From contig OZ251229.1 of assembly GCA_965240325.2 (NCBI GenBank), positions 558,001 to 622,000 on the forward strand: a stretch of DNA of 64,000 nucleotides, in the 5' to 3' direction. A program made the translations under genes and the position numbers. Source of the stretch: Rebecca billardiae RCC1528 (lineage: Eukaryota; Protista; Haptophyta). The first letter of the stretch is position 1. The number at the start of each line of letters is the position of its first letter. The notes below the pieces were generated by a model. It was not told the origin of the DNA and made no database searches. It was given only the letters and a program-made list of their open reading frames with translations. Positions 10,919 through 22,835 of this stretch are shown here, piece after piece.

Positions 10919-12280
10919 CACCTCCTCGAGCACCGCGTGGCGCACGCCGAGGGGCATCCCGCCGTCCACGCCCGAGTTGGTGCGGTTGAGCCTCGCGGGC
11001 GGCACGCGCCCAGCGCGCAGCGCCGCGTTCGTCTGCGGCCGCGCCGCGGTGAGCAGCTCGGCGGGCACCTCGCTCGCGCTCGGCCGGCAGCTGACGCCCG
11101 CGGCCGGCGGTGTGCTCGGCGCGTCGCGGCTGCGCCCCGCGGTGCGCGGTCGCTCCTCGTCCGCGCCGACACCCGCGATGAGCGCGGCGAGCTGCGCCTG
11201 CTGCTGCGCGACCGGGTCGTGCGCCTCGACGCGCGCGAGCACCGCCTCGTCCGTCGTGAACAGGATCACCTCGGCACACGCCGCCGCGTCGTGCGCCGAG
11301 CCGGGCGCCTTGTTCACCTCACCCGCAAAAACCAGCTGCCCGTCGAGCGAGAGCTCAACGTGCCGCGCGCCGCGGAAGGAGTGGATGCGCGACTTGTTGT
11401 AGTTCCACACGCGGACCATGGCGAGCGCGACGGGCGCGTCGAACGACACGTCGACCGTGTGGTGCCCGCCCGCCGTGTACGGCGTGAGCCACATGTGCAG
11501 CTCGTCGGTCGTGTCGTTCACGCCGTCAAACAAGTTGGAGACGACGCGCGGGTCCGCGCCGTAGCCGGGCAGCACGTTCACGTCGGCGGGCTCGGCGCGC
11601 AGCGTGGAGCGCTCGGCCGGGCTGAGCTCGAGGCGCTCGCCGCTCGACGTGAACAGGTCCAGCCCCGCCAGGCCCACGTAGTGCGGGTCGCCCCACGTCG
11701 AGCGGATATCCAGCCGCAGCTGCCGGCCTCGCGGAAGCAGCGGGGGCACAAACTGCGGGCCGCCCAGCACACCGCGCGCCGCGGCGGATTGCTGCGCGGG
11801 CGGGGCGCCGAGAGCGAGCCCGACGAGCTTGTCGGTCGTGTCGGGTGAGACTGGCGTCGACGACGCCGCGCTGGACGAGACTGACCTCGTCCCACAGCCC
11901 GAGCCCGCAACCGCGTGCGCGTGCGGTCGCCCGGCCGCGCCCGCGCTCGCGACGGCTCCGCCCGCAGCGAGCGACTGGTGCGACGAGTCCTGCGGCGAGG
12001 CACCGTCGGCGCTGCCGGCGGCGCTCGAGCCGGATGGACCCGGCCTCGGGCGCGTGTGCATCGCAGCCGCTTTGAATGCCTCCAGAGAGTCCCACCCCTC
12101 GTCCTCGCGCATGACAGCGCCGCCGCCGTGGCCGCCTCCGTGGCTGGCTCCGCCGCCGCCTTCGGAGGGGGCGGCAAGGCCGCCGCGCTGTCTGCGCTGA
12201 ACCTCCGCGTGCGCTTGGCCGGCGTTCGCGGCGTGCGCATCGACCGATGGGGCGGCGCCCAGCGCGCTCGCCTCGCACAT
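9287..12280 (-). CDS. KATNIP: Katanin-interacting protein KATNIP/KIAA0556 (DUF4457), ciliary
   Basis: Two repeats of STWGD.HYVGL.G....P.D.N.L...DPR...L.DG...T.D..HMWL.P and WNY.K; introns 10032-10240 and 9730-9952 (GT-AG) restore the frame; poly-Gly linker; start uncertain. Confidence 0.88.
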
Positions 12281-12915
12281 GCTGCGGCCCCGTGAGCGGC
12301 CACGCGGGAGCGGCTGCGATTGCGCCCGCTCGCCAAGCTCTGGGAGTGGCACGGCGTGCTTGCTGGCGAGCTGCGAGTGGTCCGAGTCACCTGCGCGACG
12401 GGGTGAGCGAGTGGTGGGGGCAGTGCGCTCTGCAACGATGAGCGCCCAGGCCGTGGCTGCGACCGCTCCCTGCCCCCCCTTGCGCGGGCGCGCGGGCGTG
12501 CGGCCAAAGCGCGGCGGCGCGAGTGCGCACCGTCCTGCAGCCACACTGGCCGCAAGTCGCCCATTGTGGCCGCCGCGGTGCGCGGCCCTGGACACGCTCC
12601 GCCTGGTACTCACGCCGTGCGCCCCTGCCCGCCACGCCCTCCTTCGCGTCGGGCGGCGCGGCCGCTGCCCGCGTAAGGCGAGCAGCCGTGCTTGAAGGGA
12701 GCAGCCCGGCTGCCCGGGCTGGGCTGCCTGCTGCCGTCACCACTCACTACTCTGTGGGCAAGCTTGGCGGCTTCTCTCAAAATAATCGCCATTCTTTTTG
12801 TTTCCGGCTGCTGGTTCGGTGTCAGCGCGCTGGCGCCCCCCGAGGCGCCGTGGCAGTTTCATCGCGCCTCGAGTCCTCGACGGCCTGGGTGGGCGTGGAG
12901 CCAGAGGTCGCCACT

Positions 12916-14539
12916 ATGCCGGGCAGGTTGCCGCTCAAGAGCGACACGTCCCTGCTGCGTGCGAAGAATCAGCGCACGCCACTCGGGCCCGATTCGGCGG
13001 GGAAGTCGCTCGTGCCGTACGTCGCCAATGACAGCAAGGCGACGCCCGTGGGCGCGTTCCATTACTACGCGTCCGGCAGGCTAGCACTCTTTGAGAACCG
13101 GATGTATGCAGGCAACTACTACTGGCTGTACGCGGACAACGACCGCAACACGGTGCTCTGCCAGTTCGACCCCCTTGGGCAAGGCCATGCCACCTTCCCC
13201 AACGGCAAGCTCCGGATCACGAGCACCAAATCGGGCGGCACGTTGCTGAGCGAGGATGGCTCCATCCTGCGCTCGTGGACAGACGACAAGCCGATGACCG
13301 GAGATGGCGTGACGATCCCGCTCAACGCGGCGGCGGTGCTCACGTTCCGCGATCGGTACAACATCAACCTCAAGGTCACGCTCGGCGGCCAGGCCTTCGA
13401 CTTTGAGCTCGGCGAGCAGCTCGCGCACTCGGCGGACAACTACGTGAACAACGCGCTCGGGCAGCACAAGCTCGGGCCCGACCGCGGCAAGTACATCATG
13501 GACACGGGGCGCATCGACCGGGACAAGGGGAAGCCGGGCGCGGTGGACCTCTCGAAGAAGACGCGCGTGACCACCGACGACCTCAGCATCGAGGCGCTCC
13601 ACTCGATCGTGCACAGCGCAGATGAGATGCACGTGCGCGTGCAGGGCATGCTCGCGCAGCCTTGGATCGAGTCGTCCGTCATGCCCAGCCGCAGCTTCAA
13701 CGAGACGGGCGACCCGCGCACGTTCGAGACGTCGATGAACGACCCGCGCTGGGCGTCGTTCCTCGGCCGCACGCCGGCCTCGGACTACGCGCCGCTCCCC
13801 GTCTCGAGCGTGCTCAAGAACGCGAGCGGCCGGTACCGCAGCGGTGCGGGCACCAAGTCCAAGCGCGTCAAGCTGCCAGTCGCGCCCGCGCGCCGCTTCG
13901 ACGACTACATCGCGGGCGAGGTGCCGCAGGACTCGATTGTCGTCGTGTGCTGCCTCGCGAGCTGGCTGCCGCAGTGCAGCCGCGCCGAGCAGTGGCTCGA
14001 GAGCCTCAACGGCGAGCTCAAGGACGAGGGGGCGCAGCCGGGCAGCCCGGGCGCGTTCAGCCTGGTCAAGTACGACATGAGCGCCTCGCGCGTGCTCAAG
14101 GACAGGTACAACATCAACACGCTGCCCATGTACCTCATGTTCTACGGGGGGCGCCTCGTGTACGCGTCGAATGTGCTCAACGGTTACGGCACCTCGAAAG
14201 AGGACATGCGCGCACAGGTGCGCCGAGCCGCCGCGCGTGCGCGCGCGGCGCGGGTCTGCTGCCGACGAGCACGAGTGCTCAGGTGCAATCACCGCCGCGC
14301 TGCGACTCACACGCGCACCACGGCGCTCCCCCCGCGCGCGACCTTGTGTGCAGGCTGCGGAGTCATTTGCAAACGCGCAGGCGGGCCAGTTCTTGCCCGA
14401 GGGGTTCCGCTTCGGGAAGACCGACAATAAGCTCACCGAGGACATGGGCGCGACACTTGCTGGTCTTCGAAAGGCAGGCAATGGGGTGGACGCGAGTGGC
14501 TCGATGATCTCGTCTGGCAGTGGCACAGGTGTGAGGTGA
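12916..14539 (+). CDS. FAM194/C3orf20-like protein with C-terminal thioredoxin-like fold
   Basis: YYASGRLAL...LCQFDPLGQGHATFPNG...GGTLLSEDGSILRSW; RYNINTLPMYLMFYGGRLVYAS; intron 14218-14353. Confidence 0.75.
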
Positions 14540-15070
14540 CGTACTGCCTCCGCCAAGGGGACGAGTGACGACTGCCGCCATCTTCAGCATTATATGATGA
14601 TGCTTATGATGATTATTGTCGTCCGACAGATGATATCATATCTAACTCGTAACTGTAAACTGTAAACTGACACCGTTCCGTGGCAGTAATGAATGTAATG
14701 TCTAATGACCGACTATCGGCGACTATGTCTATGATGTGACCGTAACTCACTAGACTGCATGAGTGTGCGCTCTGTGACTGTGAGTGCTGTGACTTGTCAC
14801 TTGTCAGCAGCGCATTAATTGACGAGTAGTTACGGACTGACTGGCGGCAGACATTGCGGCGTTATTATTTATTAATAATAAGATTATGATGATGGCATTA
14901 TCCCGGTGTGTCGAACTGTGAAGTCACTTAGCACTACTCACTGTCTCAGTCAGATCGAAGTGTGACTCACGGTCTGTCCGTGTTCGCGTGTGTCGCGTCT
15001 CGGATCAGACTACGAGTACGGCAGTGATCGTCCGATCGATCTGCAGATATCAGTAGTGACAAGCAATCAC

Positions 15071-15071
<1 letters not shown>

Positions 15072-15116
<45 letters not shown>

Positions 15117-15121
15117 TATAT
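15072..15121. repeat. (TTA)n microsatellite
   Basis: Direct read. Confidence 0.95.
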
Positions 15122-15737
15122 CAGTCGCATTATCTAAATTATAATCTGCTGGTATCTGCTGCCATCTGACGACTGAATCTCGGAGTGATCTGATAATCAT
15201 CTGCGCTGGTTATCATCATACGATTTGACAGCTAGCCCACCGTTCATGTTTGAGTCGTTATTTGACATCATGAATATTTTCAAATCGGAATCACGGCGGA
15301 GACACCGGGGTCCTAATGTCAGGTCGGTCTGACTAGTTTAAAAATTATTATTTATAATAATTATAACTATTGTGACTCGGACCGTCGACGAGGTCGCCGA
15401 TCGTTAGACGTTAATCGTAGTTATCACCCCCCGGACGTCCGGCGACCCGAGCCGGACTGGTCAAGACTCAAGTCTGGAGCGTTGCGTACTGTAGCATCAG
15501 CTCCCACTGGGACCTGTCCTTCCTCGCAGAGATCGCGGCTCGGATGACTCCCGAACGCACTGGCGCCGCGGCGGCGGGCACAGCCAGGGCCCGGCCGTAC
15601 TGTGGCCGGAGCAGCGAGGCTATGATGCCCGGCCTCGCCCCCACGGAGCAGCCCGTGCCCTCTGTGCACGCCGAGACGCTGCGGAGCCGATGCGCTCGAG
15701 GCGCGCTTTCGACAGGTGTGCGCACGTGCAGCAATCG

Positions 15738-17111
15738 TCATCGCCGGTCCGCATCCGGGCGTGCCCCCATCGCGTTGGGATCCATCGACGCGTAGAACGT
15801 CGGCTTCCCGAACGGCCCGTCCTCCGCGGTCCATGGCTGCGGCTGGGCTGGCGCCGCGATCCCCGGCGGCATGCGCCCACCGCGCGCCCCGTCCGCCTGC
15901 TGCTTCGACTTGCCCCACTGCAGACGTGCGCGCTGGCCGCGCACAGTCAGCGCGTTCACGAGCGCGCGCGCAGCCTCCTCCGCAGCCGCGCGCGTCCTGA
16001 ACTCGACGAAGGCGCACTGCTTGGCCTCGAGGATGGTGATCGAGGCGATCTCGCCGTACGCATAGAACTGGTCGCCCACCTCCTCGCGGGTGCACCCTGC
16101 AGGGGGCAGGGGCGAGGCAGGGGGCCAGCCGCTCGATGTGAGTGACTGGATGGCCGCGCTCTGCTCGGCGCGTGGACACGGGGGCACGCAGCGCAGCCGG
16201 CGGCAGGCGGAGGACGCGGACGCACCTTGCGGCAGCGCGCCGACCCACAGCGTGGTGATCGACTGGTCCGCCGGCGGCTCGATCGACGCCGCCTTGCTCT
16301 CGCCCTTCTTGAGGTACTTCTGCGCGAGCTGGTCCTCGGACACGACGCCGTGGTACCGGTTCCGGATCGACTCGTTGCGGTTGCCCTTCTGCGCCTCCTT
16401 GAGCTTCTCCTTGATGTCGTCGACGGCGGGGTCGAGGGACTTCATCACCGCGACGGGGCCATCCGCCTCCAGCCTCGCGGTCAGGTCCTTCGCCAGCTCC
16501 TTGTGGTTCGAGTTGAGCTCCGGGAAGCGGTAGGTGCCGTTGCACGGCCGGAACGGGCACTCGCGGTTGAGCACGCGCGTGCACTCGCCCTTCACCCAGA
16601 ACGAGCAGAGCTTGGGCAGGTTGCGGTCGTAGTGCGGGTTGGGCCGCGCGATCCCGCGCAGCCGCTCAAAGTCGTGCGCGCTCGCCGCCTTGCCCACGCC
16701 CCCGCCCACCTCGAGCCGCCCGTCCATGAACGCGCGCCGCTCCTGGTCCCAGTGGAACTCCTTGTTCACGTCCGACTGCGGGCGGGCGCTGGCGTCGGGC
16801 CCGGCCTGGAGCAGCGTGTCTCGCACCGCGACGGGCACGTTGAACGCGAGGTCCATGAGGCACGTCTGGCACACGCCCTTCGCCGCCGCGACCTCAGGCG
16901 CGATGATGGTCTCCTTGTAGCGCGCGTCCGAGCCAGGCTTCCAGCGGAAGGCCGTGTACGGCCTGCCAGAGATCTTGCACTCGCGTCCGTGTGGCATCTT
17001 GATCATGCGTAGGTACGGGTTCGGGCCGAGGCACGTCTCGCACAGGATCGGGAAGTCCTCACCCAGCTTGAGCCCCTCGGGGGGCGCGGCGGCCTGCTGG
17101 AGCCCTGCCAT
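15738..17111 (-). CDS. RBM22: Pre-mRNA splicing factor RBM22/Slt11
   Basis: EDFPILCETCLGPNPYLRM, GRECKI..RPYTAFRWKPG, CQTCLMDL, CSFWVKGECTR, PPADQSITTLWVG, RRM CAFVEF; intron 16097-16225. Confidence 0.95.
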   Translation of the reverse strand: MAGLQQAAAPPEGLKLGEDFPILCETCLGPNPYLRMIKMPHGRECKISGRPYTAFRWKPGSDARYKETIIAPEVAAAKGVCQTCLMDLAFNVPVAVRDTLLQAGPDASARPQSDVNKEFHWDQERRAFMDGRLEVGGGVGKAASAHDFERLRGIARPNPHYDRNLPKLCSFWVKGECTRVLNRECPFRPCNGTYRFPELNSNHKELAKDLTARLEADGPVAVMKSLDPAVDDIKEKLKEAQKGNRNESIRNRYHGVVSEDQLAQKYLKKGESKAASIEPPADQSITTLWVGALPQGASASSACRRLRCVPPCPRAEQSAAIQSLTSSGWPPASPLPPAGCTREEVGDQFYAYGEIASITILEAKQCAFVEFRTRAAAEEAARALVNALTVRGQRARLQWGKSKQQADGARGGRMPPGIAAPAQPQPWTAEDGPFGKPTFYASMDPNAMGARPDADRR

Positions 17112-17290
17112 CCTCCGTTCCCGCGATGGGAGCGCGGCCCGTGCTGGAGAGCTTCCGCTCCGCCGTCCGGTGCAGTACTCCGGACTCCGGTCCTGCGCAC
17201 TCAGTGCTCGCCACGGCGTAGTCCAAACCGTGCCGGGTGGGCGCCAGTCGCGCCCGCACGCGGCCACGCGCGAGTTTCACCGCCTGCAAC

Positions 17291-19969
17291 ATGGACGCGC
17301 GCGCTCTCGTTGGCGAGCGTGTCGAGCTGCGCGGCCTGCAGAAGCGTCCGGACCTGAACGGGCGCATCGGCCGCGCCGTGTCGTACGACGAGGCGGCGGG
17401 CCGCATAGGCGTCCGGCTGAGCGCCACGGAGCAGGTGCTCGTGCGCATGGAGAATGTGACGCTGAGCGGTACGCACACGGGCGGGCCGACGGAACATCGC
17501 GGCGCGCAGTACGCCGAGTATGCGCAGATGGCTCGCGTCATCGGCCTGGAGAACCCGCACCTCATGATGGTCATCGGGCGCAGCACGCCGCCCGCCCCCG
17601 CCGACTGCCCGCCCCTCTTTGAGCCTCCCGCGGAGGAGGCGTACGTGCAGCCAGCCATCTCGGAGATCCTGTCGCGGCTGCGCGGCGGCGGGCAGGCTGT
17701 GCGCGACGAGCTCGCCCTCTTCCTCTCCAAGCTCGCGCGCTGCCCCGCCAGCGGCCCGTCGGACCAGCTCCGCGCGCTCGTGGAGGTGGCGCATCTGAGC
17801 AGCCTGATGCAGCACGCGCGCCTGGCTGCGCAGTGCACCGCCCTGCCGCTGCTCGAGGTGTACACCGCGCTGATCGAGGCGGGGCTGGTCGAGACCCTCG
17901 CCGCGCTGCTCCTCGCGCCCGTCCCCGCGCACCTCAGCGCGCACCCGCAGCTCCCCGCGCTGCAGTACCACGTGGCGAGCACGCTCGGGCTGCTGTGCGA
18001 CACGCAGCCGACCGTGATCAGGGGACGGCCGGCGCAGCGCTCGCGCTTCGCGGGGATCGAGAGGACGCCGGCGCTCGTGGCGGCGCACGCCGAGCGCATC
18101 GCGGCGTCGGGCGCCATGCCCAAGCTCCTGACCCTCGCCGTCCCGCGCCCGCTCACTGAGCCCACGGCCGCGGCGCCGGCGGGCGCGGCGCCGGCGGGCG
18201 CGCCGGCGGACGCCGCCGCGCCGCAGCTGGCCGCGGCGCCGGCGCCGGCGCCGGCGGAGGCGGAGGGCGCAGTGCCAGACGGCGGGTACCTCGCGAGCGT
18301 CAAGGCGATCTGGGCCCTGCGCGCGCTGTGTGAGGCCTCGCCCATCGCCGCGAAAGCCGTCATCTTCGGCCGCGACGGTGGCCTGCACCCCGCCTTCTCG
18401 CGCTCGGACCTCCTCAGCACGGCTGACCCCGAGTACTGGCAGCGGCGCGCGGCCGCCGAGCTCGAGCGCGAGGGCGGCGTGCCGGCGCACACGCGCGCGC
18501 TGCTCGGGGTCGGTGTGCAGGGCTCGACGCAGCGGCTGGAGGACGTGGACCCGCGCATGCTCACCGACGTGGACATGGACACGCGGCTGCGCGAGCGCGC
18601 CTCCGGCGCGCACGAGAACAGCGTGGCCGTCCTGACGGCGCTGGTGCGCGCGGTGCCCCGGCTGGGCGCAGCCGCCATCAGGCACGGGAGTCTGATGCGC
18701 GGGCTGCTGCTGCCGACGATGCTCGACCCGCTCGTGAACGAGGGGGACATTGTCGACCGGATGTGGCAGGAGACGGGGCGCGCGCTCACGCCGGCCACCT
18801 TCGACGGCGACGGCGCCGGCGTGCACACGCGCGGTGCCATCCTTCTGCGCGCGCTGTGCGCGCACGAGCCCTGCGCGGCCACGCTCTCGCACACCACGGC
18901 GGACCTGGAAGGAGCGATGGCGGTGAAGCTGTTCTTGCCGGGCGCGTGGCCGCTGGACGAGTGGGTCGGGCTGCTGCGCGAGCTGTGCGAGCGCGACCTC
19001 GAGCTCACGCGCCGCGAAGGCCCTCCGCCGCCGTTCGCTGCCGAGCTCGCCGCCGCGCGCGCCGCCGCGCCCGCCGCCGCGGCTGCGGGCCGCACTGCTG
19101 ACGCCCCGCGCGCGCTCAGCTTCATGCTGGCGGACGAGCGGCTGCAGTTCGCGCTGTGCTCGCTCGCGCACCACGTGTGCACCAACGCCACGCTGCTCAG
19201 CATCGCGGCGTCCTCGGCCCTGCGCGCGCTCACCGCCTGCCTGAGCGCGCGCGACCCCACGGACGCCTCTGGCCTGCTCGCCGCTCTGGTGCGCGCCGGG
19301 CTCGACCGGTCGCTCACGCGCGGGATCATCGAGTGGGGGCCGGAGGAGGGGCCCGACGGGGCGGGCTCGGACTCGAGCGTGCACCGCGACGGCTTCGAGA
19401 TCGTCCGCGCAGAGCTCGAGGCCGTGGAGGCCACGATGCACGAATCGGCGCGCGCGAGTGCATTTGAGAGCTCGCGCACGTACGCGTGCGCGCTCGGGGA
19501 CCGAGATGAGGCGGGCGCGCGCGCGCTGGCCGAGCGCGCGCAGGCCGTCGCGGACGGTGGCGAGCACGCGCGGGCGCGGCAGATGTTCGCCGACGCGCTG
19601 CGCAAGGTCTTCCCGGGCGAGCCCGCCGCGGCCGACGTGCTGATGCTCCGCGCGACAGCGTTCAGCGCGCACTTCCCGTCCGATGAGTCGGAGGGGCCGG
19701 CCGAGGACGACGAGCCGAGCGTGCTGGCGCTCACGCACGCCATCGCGCTGCGGTGCGACATGTGGTTCGATCCAGAGGAGTTCGCCGCGCTGGCGCTCAT
19801 GCGCGGGTACGCCTTTGCGCGCCTCGGGCCGGACTTTGTGGGCGCGGCGCGCTCTGACGCCGCGGTGTGCATGGCGTTTAATCCGAAGGACAAGAAGACA
19901 GTCGCGCTGCTCAGCGCCCTGCAGCAGATCGAGGAGGCGGCGGGGCCCAGCTCGGAGTTTGGACCATGA
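17291..19969 (+). CDS. Large helical-repeat (ARM/TPR-like) protein with small N-terminal SH3-like barrel
   Basis: N-terminus VELRGLQKRPDLNGRIGRAVSYD...RIGVRL; Leu/Ala-rich helices; TPR-like end AARSDAAVCMAFNPKD; GC3-biased ORF. Confidence 0.7.
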   Translation: MDARALVGERVELRGLQKRPDLNGRIGRAVSYDEAAGRIGVRLSATEQVLVRMENVTLSGTHTGGPTEHRGAQYAEYAQMARVIGLENPHLMMVIGRSTPPAPADCPPLFEPPAEEAYVQPAISEILSRLRGGGQAVRDELALFLSKLARCPASGPSDQLRALVEVAHLSSLMQHARLAAQCTALPLLEVYTALIEAGLVETLAALLLAPVPAHLSAHPQLPALQYHVASTLGLLCDTQPTVIRGRPAQRSRFAGIERTPALVAAHAERIAASGAMPKLLTLAVPRPLTEPTAAAPAGAAPAGAPADAAAPQLAAAPAPAPAEAEGAVPDGGYLASVKAIWALRALCEASPIAAKAVIFGRDGGLHPAFSRSDLLSTADPEYWQRRAAAELEREGGVPAHTRALLGVGVQGSTQRLEDVDPRMLTDVDMDTRLRERASGAHENSVAVLTALVRAVPRLGAAAIRHGSLMRGLLLPTMLDPLVNEGDIVDRMWQETGRALTPATFDGDGAGVHTRGAILLRALCAHEPCAATLSHTTADLEGAMAVKLFLPGAWPLDEWVGLLRELCERDLELTRREGPPPPFAAELAAARAAAPAAAAAGRTADAPRALSFMLADERLQFALCSLAHHVCTNATLLSIAASSALRALTACLSARDPTDASGLLAALVRAGLDRSLTRGIIEWGPEEGPDGAGSDSSVHRDGFEIVRAELEAVEATMHESARASAFESSRTYACALGDRDEAGARALAERAQAVADGGEHARARQMFADALRKVFPGEPAAADVLMLRATAFSAHFPSDESEGPAEDDEPSVLALTHAIALRCDMWFDPEEFAALALMRGYAFARLGPDFVGAARSDAAVCMAFNPKDKKTVALLSALQQIEEAAGPSSEFGP

Positions 19970-20301
19970 GGGCGACAGAGGGCCCCAGCGCATCGGCCGC
20001 AGAGGGCGCCGACGGGTAGGTGTGAGCGGCCGCCCCCGACTGCGGCGCCGACTTCGCGTCGTCATATGACAGCAGGCGCCATTTGTTGCCTGTTGGCCGG
20101 CAGCGCCGACCTTGCTGCTGATGCTGCGCTGCCGCCCAGCACATTGTCGCGCGTCGGCTGACTATACACTATATATGATGCTGATGATCGAATATCATAT
20201 ATCGATCATCATAATCAGCCGCCGATGCATGGCGGCGCTCACACTCGACGCCGGATGCGCCCGCGCCCGCGACTCACGGAACGAAGTAGCTATAACTATA
20301 T

Positions 20302-22835
20302 GTCTAGCCACTCCGCCATGCCCGGCTCGTACAAGGCGTCGGGTACGAATGGACTCTGGAGCTGGATGGTCGCGGCGCGCGGCGTCGTGGAGTAGACAGA
20401 CCACAATGATCAATCATGGAACGATCAGGTTAGCTATGTTGGGATTTGAGCAACGAACGACAGCGGGCGCTGGCAGCGGCGTGGCGGTTGAGCTGCTGCC
20501 CGAGGTCGAGAGGGCGCCCGCGAGTCGTCAGTCACTGAGCAAGGTCGATTAAGGCTGATGGCTCGCTGACACTGCAGTGCTTCCATATCCGCCAGAGGCC
20601 GAGGGTGGGCGGGCGGGCAAACGATGAAGCGTGCGGGTTGACGCGACAGCGGCGAGAGCAGGAGACCATATTGCATGAGGGGTGACGCGGCGAAGACAGT
20701 AGATGATGTCGTCGCGCCGCCGAACGATCAGGCGGGGAGCCGGGCCACACAGACAGCCAGCGACCTTACCGAGCAGAGGGGCTGCGCGACTGCGGTGCAC
20801 CTCCTGCAGCGGAGAGTGCACCCGGCAGTGCTCGATGCAGGCGATTCCCTTGCCCAGCTCGGCGCCTTCGTCGTGAGCAGCCCCATGGCGCCCCCGAGAG
20901 CGAAGCCTGATCGATCCGATGTGAGCGGTAACCAACCGAGTCCTGCGGGTGCGCCGCTGTGGGCCAGATTGGCAGCGCACCAGGACTCCTGCGCGCGGCG
21001 GTGCGCACAGGACAACGCAGGAATGCCGTGCGAGCCGGATTCTTGGCGTCGCTCATAGACACTCAGTTATAGGTTCCCTATAACGCCACGTCTAGCCACT
21101 CCGCCATGCCCGGCTCGTACAAGGCGTCGGGTACGAATGGACTCTGGAGCTGGATGGTCGCGGCGCGCGGCGTCGTGGAGTAGACAGACCACAATGATCA
21201 ATCATGGAACGATCAGGTTAGCTATGTTGGGATTTGAGCAACGAACGACAGCGGGCGCTGGCAGCGGCGTGGCGGTTGAGCTGCTGCCCGAGGTCGAGAG
21301 GGCGCCCGCGAGTCCCGTTTATAAGTTGGAGCGGGCGTCCAAGTAGTCGTTGATGAATCCCGTTTAGAAATAGAAGAGACGAGGACTGCGCGGCCGCGCG
21401 CGCACGATCGATCGCGACGCGCGGCGAGCAGACACGCGTCAGAGTGCGCCGCACCCGCGCGACGCACGGGCGCGAGGCGAGCGCGTATCTCAAACGATGA
21501 AGCGTGCGGGTTGACGCGACAGCGGCGAGAGCAGGAGACCATATTGCATGAGGGGTGACGCGGCGAAGACAGTAGATGATGTCGTCGCGCCGCCGAACGA
21601 TCAGGCGGGGAGCCGGGCCACACAGACAGCCAGCGACCTTACCGAGCAGAGGGGCTGCGCGACTGCGGTGCACCTCCTGCAGCGGAGAGTGCACCCGGCA
21701 GTGCTCGATGCAGGCGATTCCCTTGCCCAGCTCGGCGCCTTCGTCGTGAGCAGCCCCATGGCGCCCCCGAGAGCGAAGCCTGATCGATCCGATGTGAGCG
21801 GTAACCAACCGAGTCCTGCGGGTGCGCCGCTGTGGGCCAGATTGGCAGCGCACCAGGACTCCTGCGCGCGGCGGTGCGCACAGGACAACGCAGGAATGCC
21901 GTGCGAGCCGGATTCTTGGCGTCGCTCATAGACACTCAGTTATAGGTTCCCTATAACGCCACGTCTAGCCACTCCGCCATGCCCGGCTCGTACAAGGCGT
22001 CGGGTACGAATGGACTCTGGAGCTGGATGGTCGCGGCGCGCGGCGTCGTGGAGTAGACAGACCACAATGATCAATCATGGAACGATCAGGTTAGCTATGT
22101 TGGGATTTGAGCAACGAACGACAGCGGGCGCTGGCAGCGGCGTGGCGGTTGAGCTGCTGCCCGAGGTCGAGAGGGCGCCCGCGAGTCCCGTTTATAAGTT
22201 GGAGCGGGCGTCCAAGTAGTCGTTGATGAATCCCGTTTAGAAATAGAAGAGACGAGGACTGCGCGGCCGCGCGCGCACGATCGATCGCGACGCGCGGCGA
22301 GCAGACACGCGTCAGAGTGCGCCGCACCCGCGCGACGCACGGGCGCGAGGCGAGCGCGTATCTCAAACGATGAAGCGTGCGGGTTGACGCGACAGCGGCG
22401 AGAGCAGGAGACCATATTGCATGAGGGGTGACGCGGCGAAGACAGTAGATGATGTCGTCGCGCCGCCGAACGATCAGGCGGGGAGCCGGGCCACACAGAC
22501 AGCCAGCGACCTTACCGAGCAGAGGGGCTGCGCGACTGCGGTGCACCTCCTGCAGCGGAGAGTGCACCCGGCAGTGCTCGATGCAGGCGATTCCCTTGCC
22601 CAGCTCGGCGCCTTCGTCGTGAGCAGCCCCATGGCGCCCCCGAGAGCGAAGCCTGATCGATCCGATGTGAGCGGTAACCAACCGAGTCCTGCGGGTGCGC
22701 CGCTGTGGGCCAGATTGGCAGCGCACCAGGACTCCTGCGCGCGGCGGTGCGCACAGGACAACGCAGGAATGCCGTGCGAGCCGGATTCTTGGCGTCGCTC
22801 ATAGACACTCAGTTATAGGTTCCCTATAACGCCAC
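20302..22835. mobile_element. Head-to-tail trimer of an 873-bp non-autonomous element with a subterminal hairpin
   Basis: Copies 2 and 3 have an exact 873-bp period; each unit starts GTCTAGCCACTCCGCC and ends GTTATAGG-TTC-CCTATAAC-GCCAC; array flanked by ATAT on both sides. Confidence 0.85.

Noticed and set aside
17059-20065. 944-aa and 954-aa minus-strand ORFs (likewise 45791-48802 +, 57254-59104 -, 10100-11848 +)
   Set aside because: Antisense shadows of GC3-rich genes, with no motifs
20549-22808. Repeated 95-211-aa ORFs in the 873-bp units as a transposase or Rep
   Set aside because: No HUH, DDE, RT or RuvC motifs recognised
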